Shown one piece after another: positions 12,113 to 25,175 of a stretch of 64,000 nt of DNA; positions within the stretch are counted from its first letter, which is position 1; every line of letters begins with the position of its first letter. The notes below the pieces were generated by a model. That model made no database searches, was not told the origin of the DNA, and saw only the letters and a list, made by a program, of their open reading frames with translations. The DNA lies in NCBI RefSeq assembly GCF_036321535.1, contig NC_087436.1:13950001-14014000 (forward strand). The letters run 5' to 3'. Position numbers and translations under genes: made by a program. The stretch is from Camelus dromedarius (taxonomy: Eukaryota).

Positions 12113-13392
12113 AAATAATCATATTAGAAATAAGAGAAGATATTTATTCAAAATGTTTAGAGACCTATGGGATCTATTTTGGATTAATAATATTTCTGGA
12201 GCTTAGTTATCTTAACTCTGAAAAAGCAGTAACTGAAAACGGTGCTTTAAAAATAAAAATAAAAACAAACAAAAAAAATCCACTATAGCAACAGAAAGAA
12301 AAAATGGTGCTTTAGCAAGTAACATGTGTTATATGTATCACTGAAATTTAACATTTAGCATAGCTAATACCTACCAAAACATGGAAATGACCAAGAGCCA
12401 CACAACTTGGCATGAACAGTGAGGCTGCCTTGACGTTGGAGGAGCAATCCACCACAATCCAGTTTACCCAGTATTCAGTGGATTTTATTGTTGCCACACC
12501 ACCCACTCATCCTTTGAAGCCGGTGGATCACAGCATCCCCACTCACAGTGTTCCTTAGAGCAAATGCTCTTCAACGATTACATTGGCATGATTTTAAAAA
12601 CTAGATGAAAACAGTGCTTTGAAAATAATTCCACTGTTCGGATGCTGCTGGTGTTTTGATGCCTAGAGAAACCATCTATTATTGTTCTGATTTTGTGGTC
12701 TCCCAGGAACAACACCAAAAGTACATAGAAGTCATTTTCTGGTTATCGCCAGTATATTCCACATGTCTCCCATCAGTAAGGACCAATGTGAGATTTCACA
12801 ATAGCCAACTCATTACCTTTACCTCCATGGAATTTGCTTGGATATAAATTATGAACTGTGTTATGCCACACAGCATGCCTTAATAATTTTGGAAGTTAAA
12901 CCTGGCCAAAACACATCAACAGTTGAGAACTGGCAAACTTGCTTTGTCAACTTGTTCATGAGTCTTGCTTGGACGGTTGACTCAGGCACACAAAAGCGAG
13001 GGCCACCACCATCTGAAGGCTCACGGTTACTCAGGAGTGGGATGGAAAGAGAGGCAGAAGGACAAACAGATAAGAAGGCTCAGCTGCCTGACTCTTTTGC
13101 TTGGAGAAAGGGGTTCAATTTCAAAGAAACAGAGCTTTAGACCAGCTGGACCCAGGACCAGCTCTGGAGGTCACGCTGCCACCCCCACCACGGCAGATCA
13201 CCCATCACACACCCCAAAGCTTTGCACGACCGGGGAAGCAGTAGATCACAGAGGGATTGAGTTGGAGAACAAACTACTAAATAAATTCTAGGCTTTGAAA
13301 AAGAACTATCGTTACGTTTTCACGTTTGTAAGCTCATTCACTGACTGTCCTAATCCTCCTGTTTTTTACTTGATGGTGTAGAGTATATGCAC

Positions 13393-13393
<1 letters not shown>

Positions 13394-13434
<41 letters not shown>
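13394..13434. repeat. (TA)n microsatellite, about 20 units
   Basis: Seen directly. Confidence 0.98.
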
Positions 13435-13437
<3 letters not shown>

Positions 13438-13899
13438 ATCACCACCCACCAATGTGTGTGTGGATTCACATCTACACATTCCATATACTTTGCCTCTTGT
13501 TTTATTAGTATGCACATTTCTAAATAACTAAGAACCAGAAACAACAGACTTGAAAGTGTATTAATTCTAAAAGAAACCACACCACTAATCAATCATTAAT
13601 TCATCAAACATGCTTATTGAATACCTGGTACAATGTGGTTGTAACATGGTGCTAATGTAAAGTTAAATGAATTATATTTAAGAATCAAAGGGCAAGAGTT
13701 AAACTCTGATCTCTCCTACCCCATGCCCCCAGAGATAAAGCAGGAGGCAGAAAGGAGAGCTCGATCTAGCTGATTGTCAGTTCTGGTTGTTTTCTCAAAC
13801 GCCGATGAGAAACGACAAGCAACATGATGTCCTAGATGTTGGAAAGTTTACACAGAAGTTTGAGACACAATTCTTGGACTCAAAAAACTTGCCATCAAA

Positions 13900-14105
13900 A
13901 ACAAATACATATACCATGGGGTAGAGGGGTTGGAAAGGAATAAATTAGGAATTCAAAAATTGCACCTCTTGGGGAGTGAAGGAAATGCTAGCCATCTTGA
14001 TTGTGGTGGTGGTTTCATTGGCGTATACATCAATCAAAATTCATCAAATTGTACATCTGAAATATGTGTAGTTTACTGTACAGGAATTGTACCACTAAAA
14101 AAAAG
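13900..14105 (+). mobile_element. L1 3'-end with composite tail (copy 1)
   Basis: Aligns by eye with 15590-15790. Confidence 0.75.
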
Positions 14106-14299
14106 AACCTGTTGACAATTTTTAAAAAGCCTAACATTCATTATAATATTAACTTATGTGATTCTTTGATTTCACAGTAAGAAATGAAATTAATGTTTCT
14201 GAATCTGCTTACTTTTAATACCAAGCAGAAAACTATAATAAAGTTTCTAAAGTTTGAACTTATAAGTTTCTCATATTGTTTTAATTATTCTAGAAATGG

Positions 14300-14650
14300 A
14301 GTAATTTTTATATATTATATGTATTTCATTACATGTATAAATATATAATACATTTAATAATGTAGATGTATATCTCCATTAATATATAATATGTGCTATA
14401 TGTATATTATATATTTTCATATGCCTTGCTACTGCAATAATTCATAAGAATATATTATATACTAGATAATACCATTATGTATTATATACTATAATATAGG
14501 ACATATAATTTTAATAATGTCCCTCGTATTCTTCTAAATTATTCCAGTAAGGTATATAATATAGAGATATATTTTACATTAATTTTTTTAATGAAAGGAA
14601 CTAATATGTTATGCCTATGTGATTATAGGAAATTTATATTTCATAATAAG
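14300..14650. repeat. AT-rich low-complexity tract
   Basis: Degenerate (TA)/(TATAA)-type composition. Confidence 0.8.
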
Positions 14651-15013
14651 TGTGTGTTTCTTTAGAATAACAGAATAATAATGGATAGGAGTATGTGTGC
14701 TTGTGTGTGTGTGTGTGTGTGTAGACTGGTCACTGAGCACTGATCACTCCATTTCTGCTATAAATCAGTAGTAGTCTGGGACACCTAAAAAAATGTAAGA
14801 TGAGAGTAAAGAAAGAATTTTCTCATTTTTGCTTTTAAAAAACCTCCCAAGATTGCAAACCCAATAAAAAAGAATGAAAAACAAAAAAAACCAAAACAAG
14901 TATGTAAATAAGTTGCTGGATTGAGGACAGTCTTCTCCAGGAGAGAAGACCATAGCAGATTGTAGAGGGTGCAGAGGGAGAAACTTACTTTTGTTTATTC
15001 AAAAATGGATCAG

Positions 15014-15812
15014 TAATTGTTAGAGACATGCACATCAAAACTACAGTGAGGTATCACCTCACACCAGTCAGAACAGCCATCATTCAAAAGAAGAGAGGGT
15101 ATGGAGAAAAGGGAACACTCCTACACTGTTGGTAGGAATACAAATTAGTGCAGCCACTATGGAGGACAGTACAGAGGTTCCTTAAAAAACTAAAAATAGA
15201 GTTATCATATGATCCAGCAATCCCACTCCTGGGCATATATCCAGAGAAAAATATAATTCAGAAAGACACATGCACCCCAATGTTCACAGCAACACTATTT
15301 ACAATAGCCAAGACATGAAAACAACACAAACGTCCATTGACAGATGAATGGATAAAGAAATTGTGGTGTGTATATATATACAATGGAATACTACCCAGCC
15401 ATGAAAAAGAATAAAATAATGCCATTTGCAGCAACATGGATGGACCTGGAGATCATCATTCTAAGTGAAGTAAGCCAGAAAGAGAAAGAAAAATACCATA
15501 TGATATCACTTATATGTGGAATCTAAAAAAAAGGACACAAATGAACTTACCTACAAAACAGAAACAGACTCGTAAACATAGAGAACAGACTTATGTTTAC
15601 CAGGGGGTAAAGGGGGTGGGAAGGGATAAATCAGTTCGAAATTTGCACCTCACGGGGAGTGATGGAAATGTTAGCTATCTTGATTATGGTGGTGGTTTCA
15701 TAGGTGTATACATCTATCAAAATTCATCAAATTGTACATCTGAAATATGTGCAGTTTACTGTACAGAAATTATACCACAATAAAGGAGCTTAAAATAAAT
15801 AAATAAAGCTTA
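15014..15812 (+). mobile_element. 5'-truncated L1 (ORF2 C-terminus, 3'UTR, composite tail; copy 2)
   Basis: ORF2 C-terminal sequence carrying stops. Probable TSD aaaaat(g/a)gatcag at about 15001-15013 and 15813-15825. Confidence 0.9.
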
Positions 15813-18668
15813 AAAAATAGATCAGAAAAGGTTCTGGAATTGTCGCACAGTAGCATTTAAGAGGGCTTCATGGGTTTGTAGGATGGGGACACGTAAAGAG
15901 GCATGGCTGAAAAGTAGGTGGGTAAGGTGTTAAGTACTTGGAAGCAGAAAGAGCCAGAGGGGATAAGCACCCAGGGAGTGAAACAGCGTGGTTTTCCGTG
16001 GCATAAAGGATAAGGTGGAGAAAAGGAGAGAAGTCTGGAACGCTAAATAGAAGCCACCTTGTGGAAGGTCCTAATCGCCGATGTTAGCACAGTGCAGCGA
16101 CCAGAGCCGTGTGAGAAGCACAGGTGAGTGACAGACTCTAAGAGAACTAATCTGATTGCAATTAACAGAAAGAATTTCCTGAAAGGGAGAAGGCAGGCAC
16201 CACAGGGAGGAAGGAATTACAACAGTGCGCCCACCCATCCATGTGTTCATCAAGGATACATTTATCGATCACGTTCTATATTGTCAGGCATCTGAATGCA
16301 CTGAGGGAGCTTGGGATACAGCGGTGAATAAGGCATAGGGCCCCCAGGAGACTTAAGAGTCTGGGGGAAAGAAGGCATAACAGTTTGGGCAGCAAGAATG
16401 CTGATGGAGGTGAGCACAGGGTGCCCTGGGGGTCCAGGGGGATGGGGAGGTCCCTGAGGAGGTGACCCTTCGGTTGAATGAATCTTAATGGAGAGGGAGA
16501 GGTGAGTCAAGGGAAGAAGAGTGGGAAGGGTAACTGGACAGAAGGAACAGCCGGTGCAAATTCATTAATCTTTGACCACCTGACTCATTCAGGTCTGTGA
16601 GAAGCTCTGGTCCACAAGGAGATGAACTGAACCTTTTTTTTTTTAAATGAAAAATAATGATGATAAATAAAACAATCACAGCCACTTATTCATTAAGTCC
16701 TTGGTACCTGCCAGGCACTGGTCTTTACACACAGCCATTCATGTAATTCTCACAACTCTCTGAGGTAGATCTTGCTATTCCTATTTCACAGATGCACAAA
16801 ATGACATCAAGTGCTTCAGAAATTTGCTCCTCAGACTCACACAGCTATTGACTATTGATGAGGGGATTCAAAGCTAAGTCTTTCTCACTCGAAAATCAAT
16901 GTTGAGCCCTGAAGGACAAGTCAGAGTTAGCCATACATACAACAGAACGGTGGAACGAGCATTCAGGGCAGTGGAAACTGGAAGGCATGTGTGTCCACCA
17001 ACAAGCAGTTTGGAATCACCAGAGTACGAAGTACAAGGGGAAGGTAGTCAGAGGCCAGGCCATGATGGACCTTGCCTTGTAGGCTGAAGGGGGTGGACTT
17101 GAACCTGGAAATCGTGAGAGCCATTGAAGACTCACAGACGTGAAAGGCTGGAGGGGATGGATCTAGGCAAGCTGAGGTGTGGTGAACGGAGCATGACTTC
17201 GGGCAGAATCTCACTAAGCCAGTGGGTGATGGTGGTGACCCAGGCTCAGAAGTCGGCTCCTGGAGGAATTAGTACGATGCTGCTCAGACAGCCCAAGTGA
17301 GAGGTGAGTGATAGCACCTCTCACAGAGAAGTGGATTCTGGCAGAGCAGCAGAGGGGTCTGTGTGCTTGAGGGGTGGGATGGCGCACCAGGAGAGGCGAA
17401 GACTGGGAAGAGAAGGGGGTGATGAGTTAAGTTAGAATCTGGACAGACTGAGCTGGAGAGGTTGTGGACCAACCACGAGATGTCAAGCAGACTGGGGAGT
17501 TCACAGTTCCAGTCGCAGAAGAAAGGTCTGGGCTCTAAATCTAGGCGGGAGAAGAAATCATAATAAGCACTGACTATGAACCAGGCAAAGTGCAAAATGC
17601 TTTTCAGGCATTTCCTCTTTAATCCTTTCAACAACCATATGAAATAGATACCGGTATTATCCCATTTTCCAGACTACAGCTCCAACTAAGCCACAGGGAC
17701 ATTCAGTAACCTGCCAAGGGCCACACTATTAGTAAAGGATCCAGATACTTGTACCCCTGAACTTCCCAAACCTTTGTGACCATGAGGCATGCAGAAACAC
17801 ATTATATGTTGTGGTCCAGTCCAGGCACATGTTTCACTGAAACACAAGTCGCGTGAGATCACACTTAGCTCCCTGCTGTCTTCTGTTCTATTTCATTTTT
17901 TTAAATAGGTTGGTTGCAGCCCATGACTGGATTCACAACCTGCTTGTGAAACCCATGGTTTGAGGATTGCTGTTCAACGTCCTCCCACCTCCCTCACCTG
18001 AATCAGGTTGGCTGCAGTGAGACGGCAAAGGGGAGGAGGGATGTCAGTGACATCACAGACCACGGGAGGGCACGTCACTGCAGGGTGATTTTAAGCCAAC
18101 AGTATAACATGATGAGAAGTGAATCTCATCTGCCAAATCATGCCCCGAGGATGTGTCTGTGGAAGTAAGCTTGTCAGCCGTGTGTCATTCACTGGCTGTC
18201 ACATACACTGATGGGGATTGAAGCCTTTTTCGCTCCCAGGTTTTTCCACTGGAAAAGAAGCAGATGCCCTTAACTTTGGAGACCTGTGAAGTGGTTCGCT
18301 CTCAAACTGCTCCAGTATTCCACGGCAGAAGAATGTGGGCAAACAGCCCAAAGAAAACCAGCCCTCTGCCCGTCCTTCACTTTGATGTGATTCCTGCAAA
18401 CAGTAATTGCAATAGGAAATAATACCTCTGAGGCGGAAATTATGGAATAGGACTTTTAGCATCTCGCTCAGCAGGAAATGGTTCTGCTGACAGGACTTCA
18501 GGATTCCACTCCCAACAGACATCCTAGACCCTGAATGTATGCATTCTTCCTCCCTTCTACTTCACAGGAAGAGGGGAGATTTTTTTTTTCTCCACTAGAT
18601 TAACCCCTTCTGTGTAGCCGGTCTGCCTCTTGATCACCGCCAGGTCTCACTCCCTCAGTTAACCCTTC

Positions 18669-18794
18669 TTTTTTTGGAGGAGTTGGGGGGTGGGAGGAGG
18701 TAATTAGATTGATTGATTTAATGGAAGTCCTGGGGATTGAATCAGGACCTCATGCACGCTAAGCATGCCCTCTACCACTGAGCTATACTCTCCC
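18669..18794 (-). mobile_element. Vic-1-type SINE
   Basis: Reverse tRNA-Ala head and ggaggtaattag tail motif. Confidence 0.9.
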
Positions 18795-18821
18795 GACAGC
18801 CTTTCTTCTTCTTCAGCACCT

Positions 18822-19150
18822 TTATTTTTTTTAAATAACTTTTTAAAATCGAAGTATAGTCAGTTTACAATGTTGTGTTAATTCCTGGTGTATAGATAGT
18901 GACTCAGTTTTATATATATATATATTCCTTTTCATATTCTTTTCCATTATAGGTTATTACAAGATACTGAACACAGTTCCCTGTGCTACACAGTAGGTCC
19001 TTGCTGTTTATCTATTTTATATATAGTAGTCAGTATCTGCAAATCTCAAACTCCCAACTTATCCCTTTCCATACCCTACCCTTCTGGTAACCATAAGTTT
19101 GTTTTCTGTGTCTGTGAATCTGTTTCTGTTTTGTAAAGAAGGTCATTTGT
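18822..19150 (-). mobile_element. L1 3'UTR fragment
   Basis: Reverse complement of the L1 3'UTR (gttccctgtgctacacagtagg). Confidence 0.9.
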
Positions 19151-20249
19151 AGCACCATCATTTTCTGCTTTAACTTAGCTTCCTTCCCTTCCGACTTTAA
19201 GGAAACCCTGGTTTCCTCTCAAAAAGTTCATCTGCAGGAGAGAATATTGGGGAGATGCAACTGTTCACTGTCTCAGTAGTGGTGGTGGTTACCCAACCAC
19301 ACTCTGTCAGAACTCACAGACTTGAACACTAGAAAGGGTGACTTTTACTATTTGTAAACTGTTACCTTAAAAAAAATGACTCCCCCCCCCAAAAAAAACC
19401 AAACATGACTTCAAAATAAAAGCCCCCGATCCTTTTCTTCATCCTGCCACCCTGTGGTCATCACCGTCTTTCCTGTCTTCCTTTCCCTGACACTTTCTCC
19501 TTCCATGCTCTTCATCATAGCTAAAACCCAAGTCTTCCCCCAGGTGACCCCCTGCCAGTTCCCCTCCTGTTCCCTTCCCACCTTCCATAGCTCCTGGCAC
19601 TGAAACTTCTACTAGAAACTTTTTCTTCAGAACTTCACTGCTTCTCCTCCGCCTCTTTAAAAGCTGCTTTGACTCATGAGCAATCCTCTGACTCTGGGAA
19701 TTTGCCCAGATTCCAAGCCTACTGCTTTCTCTTCCTATATTCGCTCCCTCGGGGATCTCACCCACTCTCTGGATTCAAGGACTGCTTCGATGCATTTAAC
19801 TCCAAAATCTGTCTAGAGAGAGGGCAGCCAGTTCAGGGTTCCAGTGACCCAGTGGCCACCTCCACTCGGCTCTGTCACCACCTCAAATGGAGCACATGTA
19901 GCTGCCTTGGCCAGCTGCCCTGACTGGTGTGGGTGACTTCAACACTGGTCCTTCTACCAGGCCAGAAACCTGGAGACACCAGACACAGTCATCAAGACCA
20001 AAGGAGGTAGCACAGAGGAAATGCTCTGTGAATGGTCATGTTCTAGACTTAAGAAGTATTATTGTCACTACTACTGAAATCTTTTCAACTACACCTCTGA
20101 AATGTCTATAGACCTTATCTTTTTCTTCATCCTCCTCTCCCAGCCTATAGCTCCCCCGTTCCCTCATGTCTCCTGCATTCTGTTGTCTATCTTCATTAAA
20201 ATAACATTTCCCTCTCTTACCCTGCAGCTCAGGACTCTTCAATAACTCT

Positions 20250-20545
20250 TATAATGGGTTGAATTGTGTCCCCCCCCCCAACAAAAAGAGATGTGTTGAA
20301 GTCCCCCAGTACATTAGAATGTGACCTTATTTAGAAACAGGTCTTCACAGAGGTAATCAAGTGAAAAATCATCAGGGTGGACCCTCATGCAATACGACTG
20401 GCATCCTTATTTTAAAAAAAGAAAGATTTGGACACAGAGAAGGAAGACGATGTGAAGACGCAAGAACACCCTCTACAAGCCAAGGAATGCCTGAGGCCAC
20501 CACAACCCTGAGAAAGAACCAGCTCCGGCCACACACCTTGCGGCA
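20250..20545 (+). mobile_element. MLT1 (ERVL-MaLR) LTR
   Basis: tataatgggttgaattgtgtcccc start and gaatgtgaccttattt motif. Confidence 0.8.
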
Positions 20546-21043
20546 CCAAAACAACAGTCCACGTTTCTCTGTTTGGCACTAAAGATCTTTGATTCGGCCC
20601 CATCCTCCCTAGTTGACCTTAGTTCCCACGAATTCCCTACTTAGACCTCCTAGTCAGTCCCTCCTACAATCAGAGCTGTCCCCTCATCTGGAATATGGCT
20701 CTCTGCCTTTGCTTGGGAGGTCCTCAGCAGCCTGTCATGCCCTACCCACTTCCCACTTCCATCTTAATCTTGCACATTCTTTAAGCTCTAACATCAGCCC
20801 CTCTTCCTCATTTATACTGTCCCTGATTTTCCAGCCTATTGTTTTCTGTCTTCTCTGAACTGTCATGTACTATTGTCTGTGTCATATAAACTGACATCCG
20901 ATCACATCTTGTTCACATACTTCTCTAGTGGTGTCTTGAGTGATGTTCTTCTGTCTAGAGTTAAATTTTAAGTCTCTATTGGAAACCACTTTTCCAGGCA
21001 CCTTCCTAAATTTATTTCCTCAATAAAATACTTTTTGGGATCA

Positions 21044-21191
21044 GAGGGGGGGTACAGCTCAGTGGTAGAGGTGTGCTTTAGCATGCATGAGGTCCTGGGT
21101 TCAATCCCCAGGAACTCCATTAAAAATTAATAATAAATAAATAAATAAATAAATCTAATTACCCCATCCCCCCAAAATTAAAAAAAAAAAA
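21044..21191 (+). mobile_element. Vic-1-type SINE
   Basis: tRNA-Ala head, (TAAA)n, ctaattacccc and A tail. Confidence 0.92.
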
Positions 21192-22277
21192 TCCTTTCAT
21201 CCAGAGCTGCCCGTGATTCTTGTATTATTTTTATCATATAATAGCCAATCAAATATTACTGAGCATTCGGCTTAGTGAGAAGGACATCTGAAGTGTGAGT
21301 CCTAACTCTTCCTTTCCTGGAAGTCACTAGACTTGTTTCCTCACCTCTGAAATGTTACTTCTCAGCACCACCATAAAGATAAATGGAATAATTCAATGTG
21401 AAAGTGATTTTTAAAAGGTAAAGATTCGCTCCAATGTTAGAGCATTATGATCATCTCAGAGCCCAGTTAGCTGCCTTGCTCAGGAAATTATGGGCTTGAA
21501 TCAAGTGAGCTGGTTCTACACGACTCATGCCACAGGGGCCAATAAATTTCACGACTAATAGAGTGGGAAGAAATATGGAGAAAACCACAAAGCACACCCA
21601 GTGAGTGAACAGGGTCAGCTTCATAAATAAAAGACAGATAGCATGCAGTCACCTCAATTTACCTTAAGGCAGGCATCCCCAGCTCTCAGAAGAAATGACT
21701 GACAGTCCCTGACAGCATCAGTTCTGGTGCAATAAATCCACCAGGTAATATATTATCCCTAAGCCGAGAGCTGAATGTTTTGCGTTGTATTTATTTGGTA
21801 ATTTAATCCTCCTGGTTTTAAGACTGAAAGCTAACCAAGAATTGCTAAATATGACTGAAATACAAAAAGCAAGTCAACTTCTGTTGATTTAGACTCACAG
21901 TATGATTCATCCCATGAGCCTATTGAATCAAAGATGAACCAACCTCTCACTCCAATTTCCAATGAAGATGAGCGTTAGTGGTGTAGAGTCAATGTGTTTG
22001 GTAAGTATTCATATCCGGAAACCACCAAACTTTCCCCAGCCATATGAATTTAGACTTGTTGTTTTTCTTAATTTAAATGTTTCTTCTTTACAGGAATTAA
22101 ATTAACTTTTTTCTTTTACTTCATCTTTGGAATTTGTTTCACAAACTTTAAATGCTAGCCAATGATTCTGAATGAATTAAGTGATGGTCCTTAAGTTGTG
22201 GATGCCAAATGCAGCATTCATGTTAAAAACATAAGTATTATAGCAGGTTTTATGTGTAAAATTCAGAAAGCTGGGCC

Positions 22278-22761
22278 TGTAATAGGGAAGAACAAATGTG
22301 ACTCCATATTGGGTCTGTTTCTTTTACTTTAACCTTTCCATTGTATTGCTTTTGCTATGAGTTAATCACTAAAAGGATGTTGCCTCTAAGTTTACATTAT
22401 ACATAATGGCCCATCTCTGGGAATCCTGCCTCCCAGCTAATGAGCGTTAAGCAAAAATACCTTTGTTTAGCTCATAGGAAACATCCTGACCAGGCCCACC
22501 TGTGAATGACTGTAGGCAGGAAGAAATTAACACACCCCCTGCGGAGGCTGACTGGAACCAGGAAATGTTTGACTTTGCTCCCTCCCCTTTTAGTATAAAA
22601 GAAGCCTGAATTCCAACTCAGGCAAGGTGGTGCTTCGTGACACTAGTCTACCATTTTCTCGGTCTTCTGGCTTTCTGAATAAAGTCACTATTTCTTGCCC
22701 CAGCAACTCGTCCTTCAATTTACTGGCCTGTCGTGCAGCGAGCATTACAAGCTTGGTAGCA
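22278..22761 (+). mobile_element. Solo LTR, ERV1-like
   Basis: TG...CA termini (tgtaat...tagca), 4-bp near-TSD ggcc/ggct, TATAAAA at 22594-22600, AATAAA at 22678-22683. Confidence 0.8.
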
Positions 22762-23307
22762 GGCTTGGGTCTCTACAGCCTGGAAAACAGATGTAGGAGA
22801 CAAGCAGGAGGTCTGAGTGTGACTCCCACCCTCTGGTCTGCTGGTGAACTCCAGTCCCCACTGACCACCCATCAACAGATCCTCGCTGAACAGCTGAATA
22901 ATGCAGACTGAAGACTAGAGGACTTGTAGAAAGACCTGGCAGACTTCGGTGAGTGCATTTATCCAAGGAACTTGATGAAAAGGAAATGATTTGGGGACAA
23001 CATCTAAGAAAAGAAATCTACTTAGTTCTATTTAGATTTAGTTCTAGTGTGGAGCATCCTGTGTGGAATAAGCCCCAAACATGCCAAGAATATTTTGTAC
23101 TGCATTACAAATGAAAACCAGCTCCCATGCAGATGGAATTCATAATTTTATAACTCCCCAAATCTGGCTATCTCCCATTACAGAAACTGCTTTTAACTAT
23201 TCAAAGCCACTTCTTAATTATTTCCTATTCTTGATATGTAAAGGCTTTATTAGAAAGTAGTATGAATTCGATCTGTAACAGATGTTTATTAAAAACTCAG
23301 CTTTTGT

Positions 23308-23427
23308 GGGGGGGTGGTGTGGCTCAAGTGGTAGAGCACATGCTTAGCATGCATGAGGTCCTAGATTCAATCTCCAGTACCTCCTCTAAAAATAAATAAA
23401 CCTAATTACCTCCTCCACCCCAAAAAA
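23308..23427 (+). mobile_element. Vic-1-type SINE
   Basis: tRNA-Ala head and cctaattacctcc tail. Confidence 0.92.
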
Positions 23428-25024
23428 GCCTTATAGAGGAAATCCAATTTTTTTTCTTTCCATGATACTGTTTTAAAAATGAATAAAACATACCTTCTTC
23501 TGCAGGGTCTGTAGCTGAAGCAGAGACATTACAGTAAATGTCACAGGAAAAAGGAGGACTTTGCACAGAACACCTCCCCCCACCCCTTCCTGTTTCAGGC
23601 TCCCCGATCTTTTCATGTTGTTTTGGTGGGTGGTTTGGCAGCTTGAGTGGGTTTTAGCCTTCAGGCATCAATTACTTTGTACTTCTGGTTTCTGGATTGA
23701 GAGTTTGGGGAGGAAGGGGATGGAGGACACTCAAAGGGTAAGTGCTACTTGATGGCTGAAAATAAGGAAAAACAGCAAGAAGACTGCAGTTAACCTCTGC
23801 CCATCCTTCCTCTAAGCAAACAGCACCCCATCACATCACTTTATTGTACAACAAGTCACTGTGTGACTTCTGTGTGACCTGGGGCAGAAGAATGCATTTG
23901 TCATCTGAGGCTCATTTGTTGTAAAGAGTCTGTGGCACAACAGTACTGGCAGGCGTTGATTCTCTAAAATGGAAAGTTCTGTTATAAAAAAAAAGAAAAA
24001 AGACTTCTTCTTAATGGTACCAGACATCTGGAGACCACGTTCTGTAACTATTTAAGTTTGGTTTTGATCAGTGGCTTCATTACTGGCTAAGATTAAGATG
24101 AGAAAGACACCTAATTTTTGCCATTTCTTTTCTGCAGCGATCAAGCTGCAAACATTCAGCCCATTCGAGCACCTTTTTATTCACTTTCTGTGGGTGACTC
24201 CTGATTGCTCACGCTAAAAGAAGGGGCTATCCGGGACATGTGCTTAAGTTTCATAAGGGGTTAACTTTTATAATTTCCTTCTTTGGCTCATCTGGCAATT
24301 ATTAGCAGAATCCATTATACGAGGGAAGCAGAGGGAGCCCTAGACATATGCTGAACAATACAGGGGAACCAGCTGTCCCAGACCTACAATGAGACGTTTC
24401 ACTCCACCAGCACCAACACCGTGGAGATGACTGCACGCTGAGCTGTAGCCAACACTGCCTGCGGCTAAAGCAAACCGCGCCCTTAACCTTGAACTACAGA
24501 ACCGACCCCAAGCCCCACTTCTTTTGAGTCCTGCAGTTTCTGGCCCTTTCCCTTCCCCATCTTGTGCTTCCAGTTCACTATTTTCACTCCCAGCAGAATG
24601 ATAACTAAGACAGGCTTCCCAGCTAGAAAGATGGCCGTGGACCCTCCCATTGTGCCTGGCAGTCCAGGCAAGCTAACTAGATGTAAATCCCCTTCAGTGT
24701 GGCTAATGCCTTTTTTATCTCTAAGCAAAGGCTCAGAAAACTCATTCTTTAGGGCAGATTTATAATATAGCTTTGACACCACTGTCGAATGGCTAACACT
24801 AATTTAAATAAATTGCATGTGGTCAGCAAGAGACAGTTCTGTCTTTGTTTAGTCTGAGAGGTTATTTTCATGATTAAAGAGACCTGATCTTGTCCTCTTA
24901 ATTAAGGCGAATGTGAAGGACAGATATTACCCTCCAGCAATGCCCCCAGGATGGGTCATTTTGGTGCTAGTCTGGTCACTGTTGAACTGCTCGGTGGCTG
25001 GGGAAGAAATATTATAGGATTTCA

Positions 25025-25175
25025 GGGGGAGGCTATAGCTCAAGTGGTAGAGCATATGGTTAGCATACACAAGGTCCTGGGTTCAATCCCCAGTACCTCC
25101 TCTAAAATCAAATAAGTAAACCCAATTACAGCCCCACTAAAAAAAAAGAGAGAAAGAGAGAAAGAAAGAAAGAGA
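25025..25175 (+). mobile_element. Vic-1-type SINE
   Basis: tRNA head, GA-rich tail, TSD attataggatttca. Confidence 0.92.
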
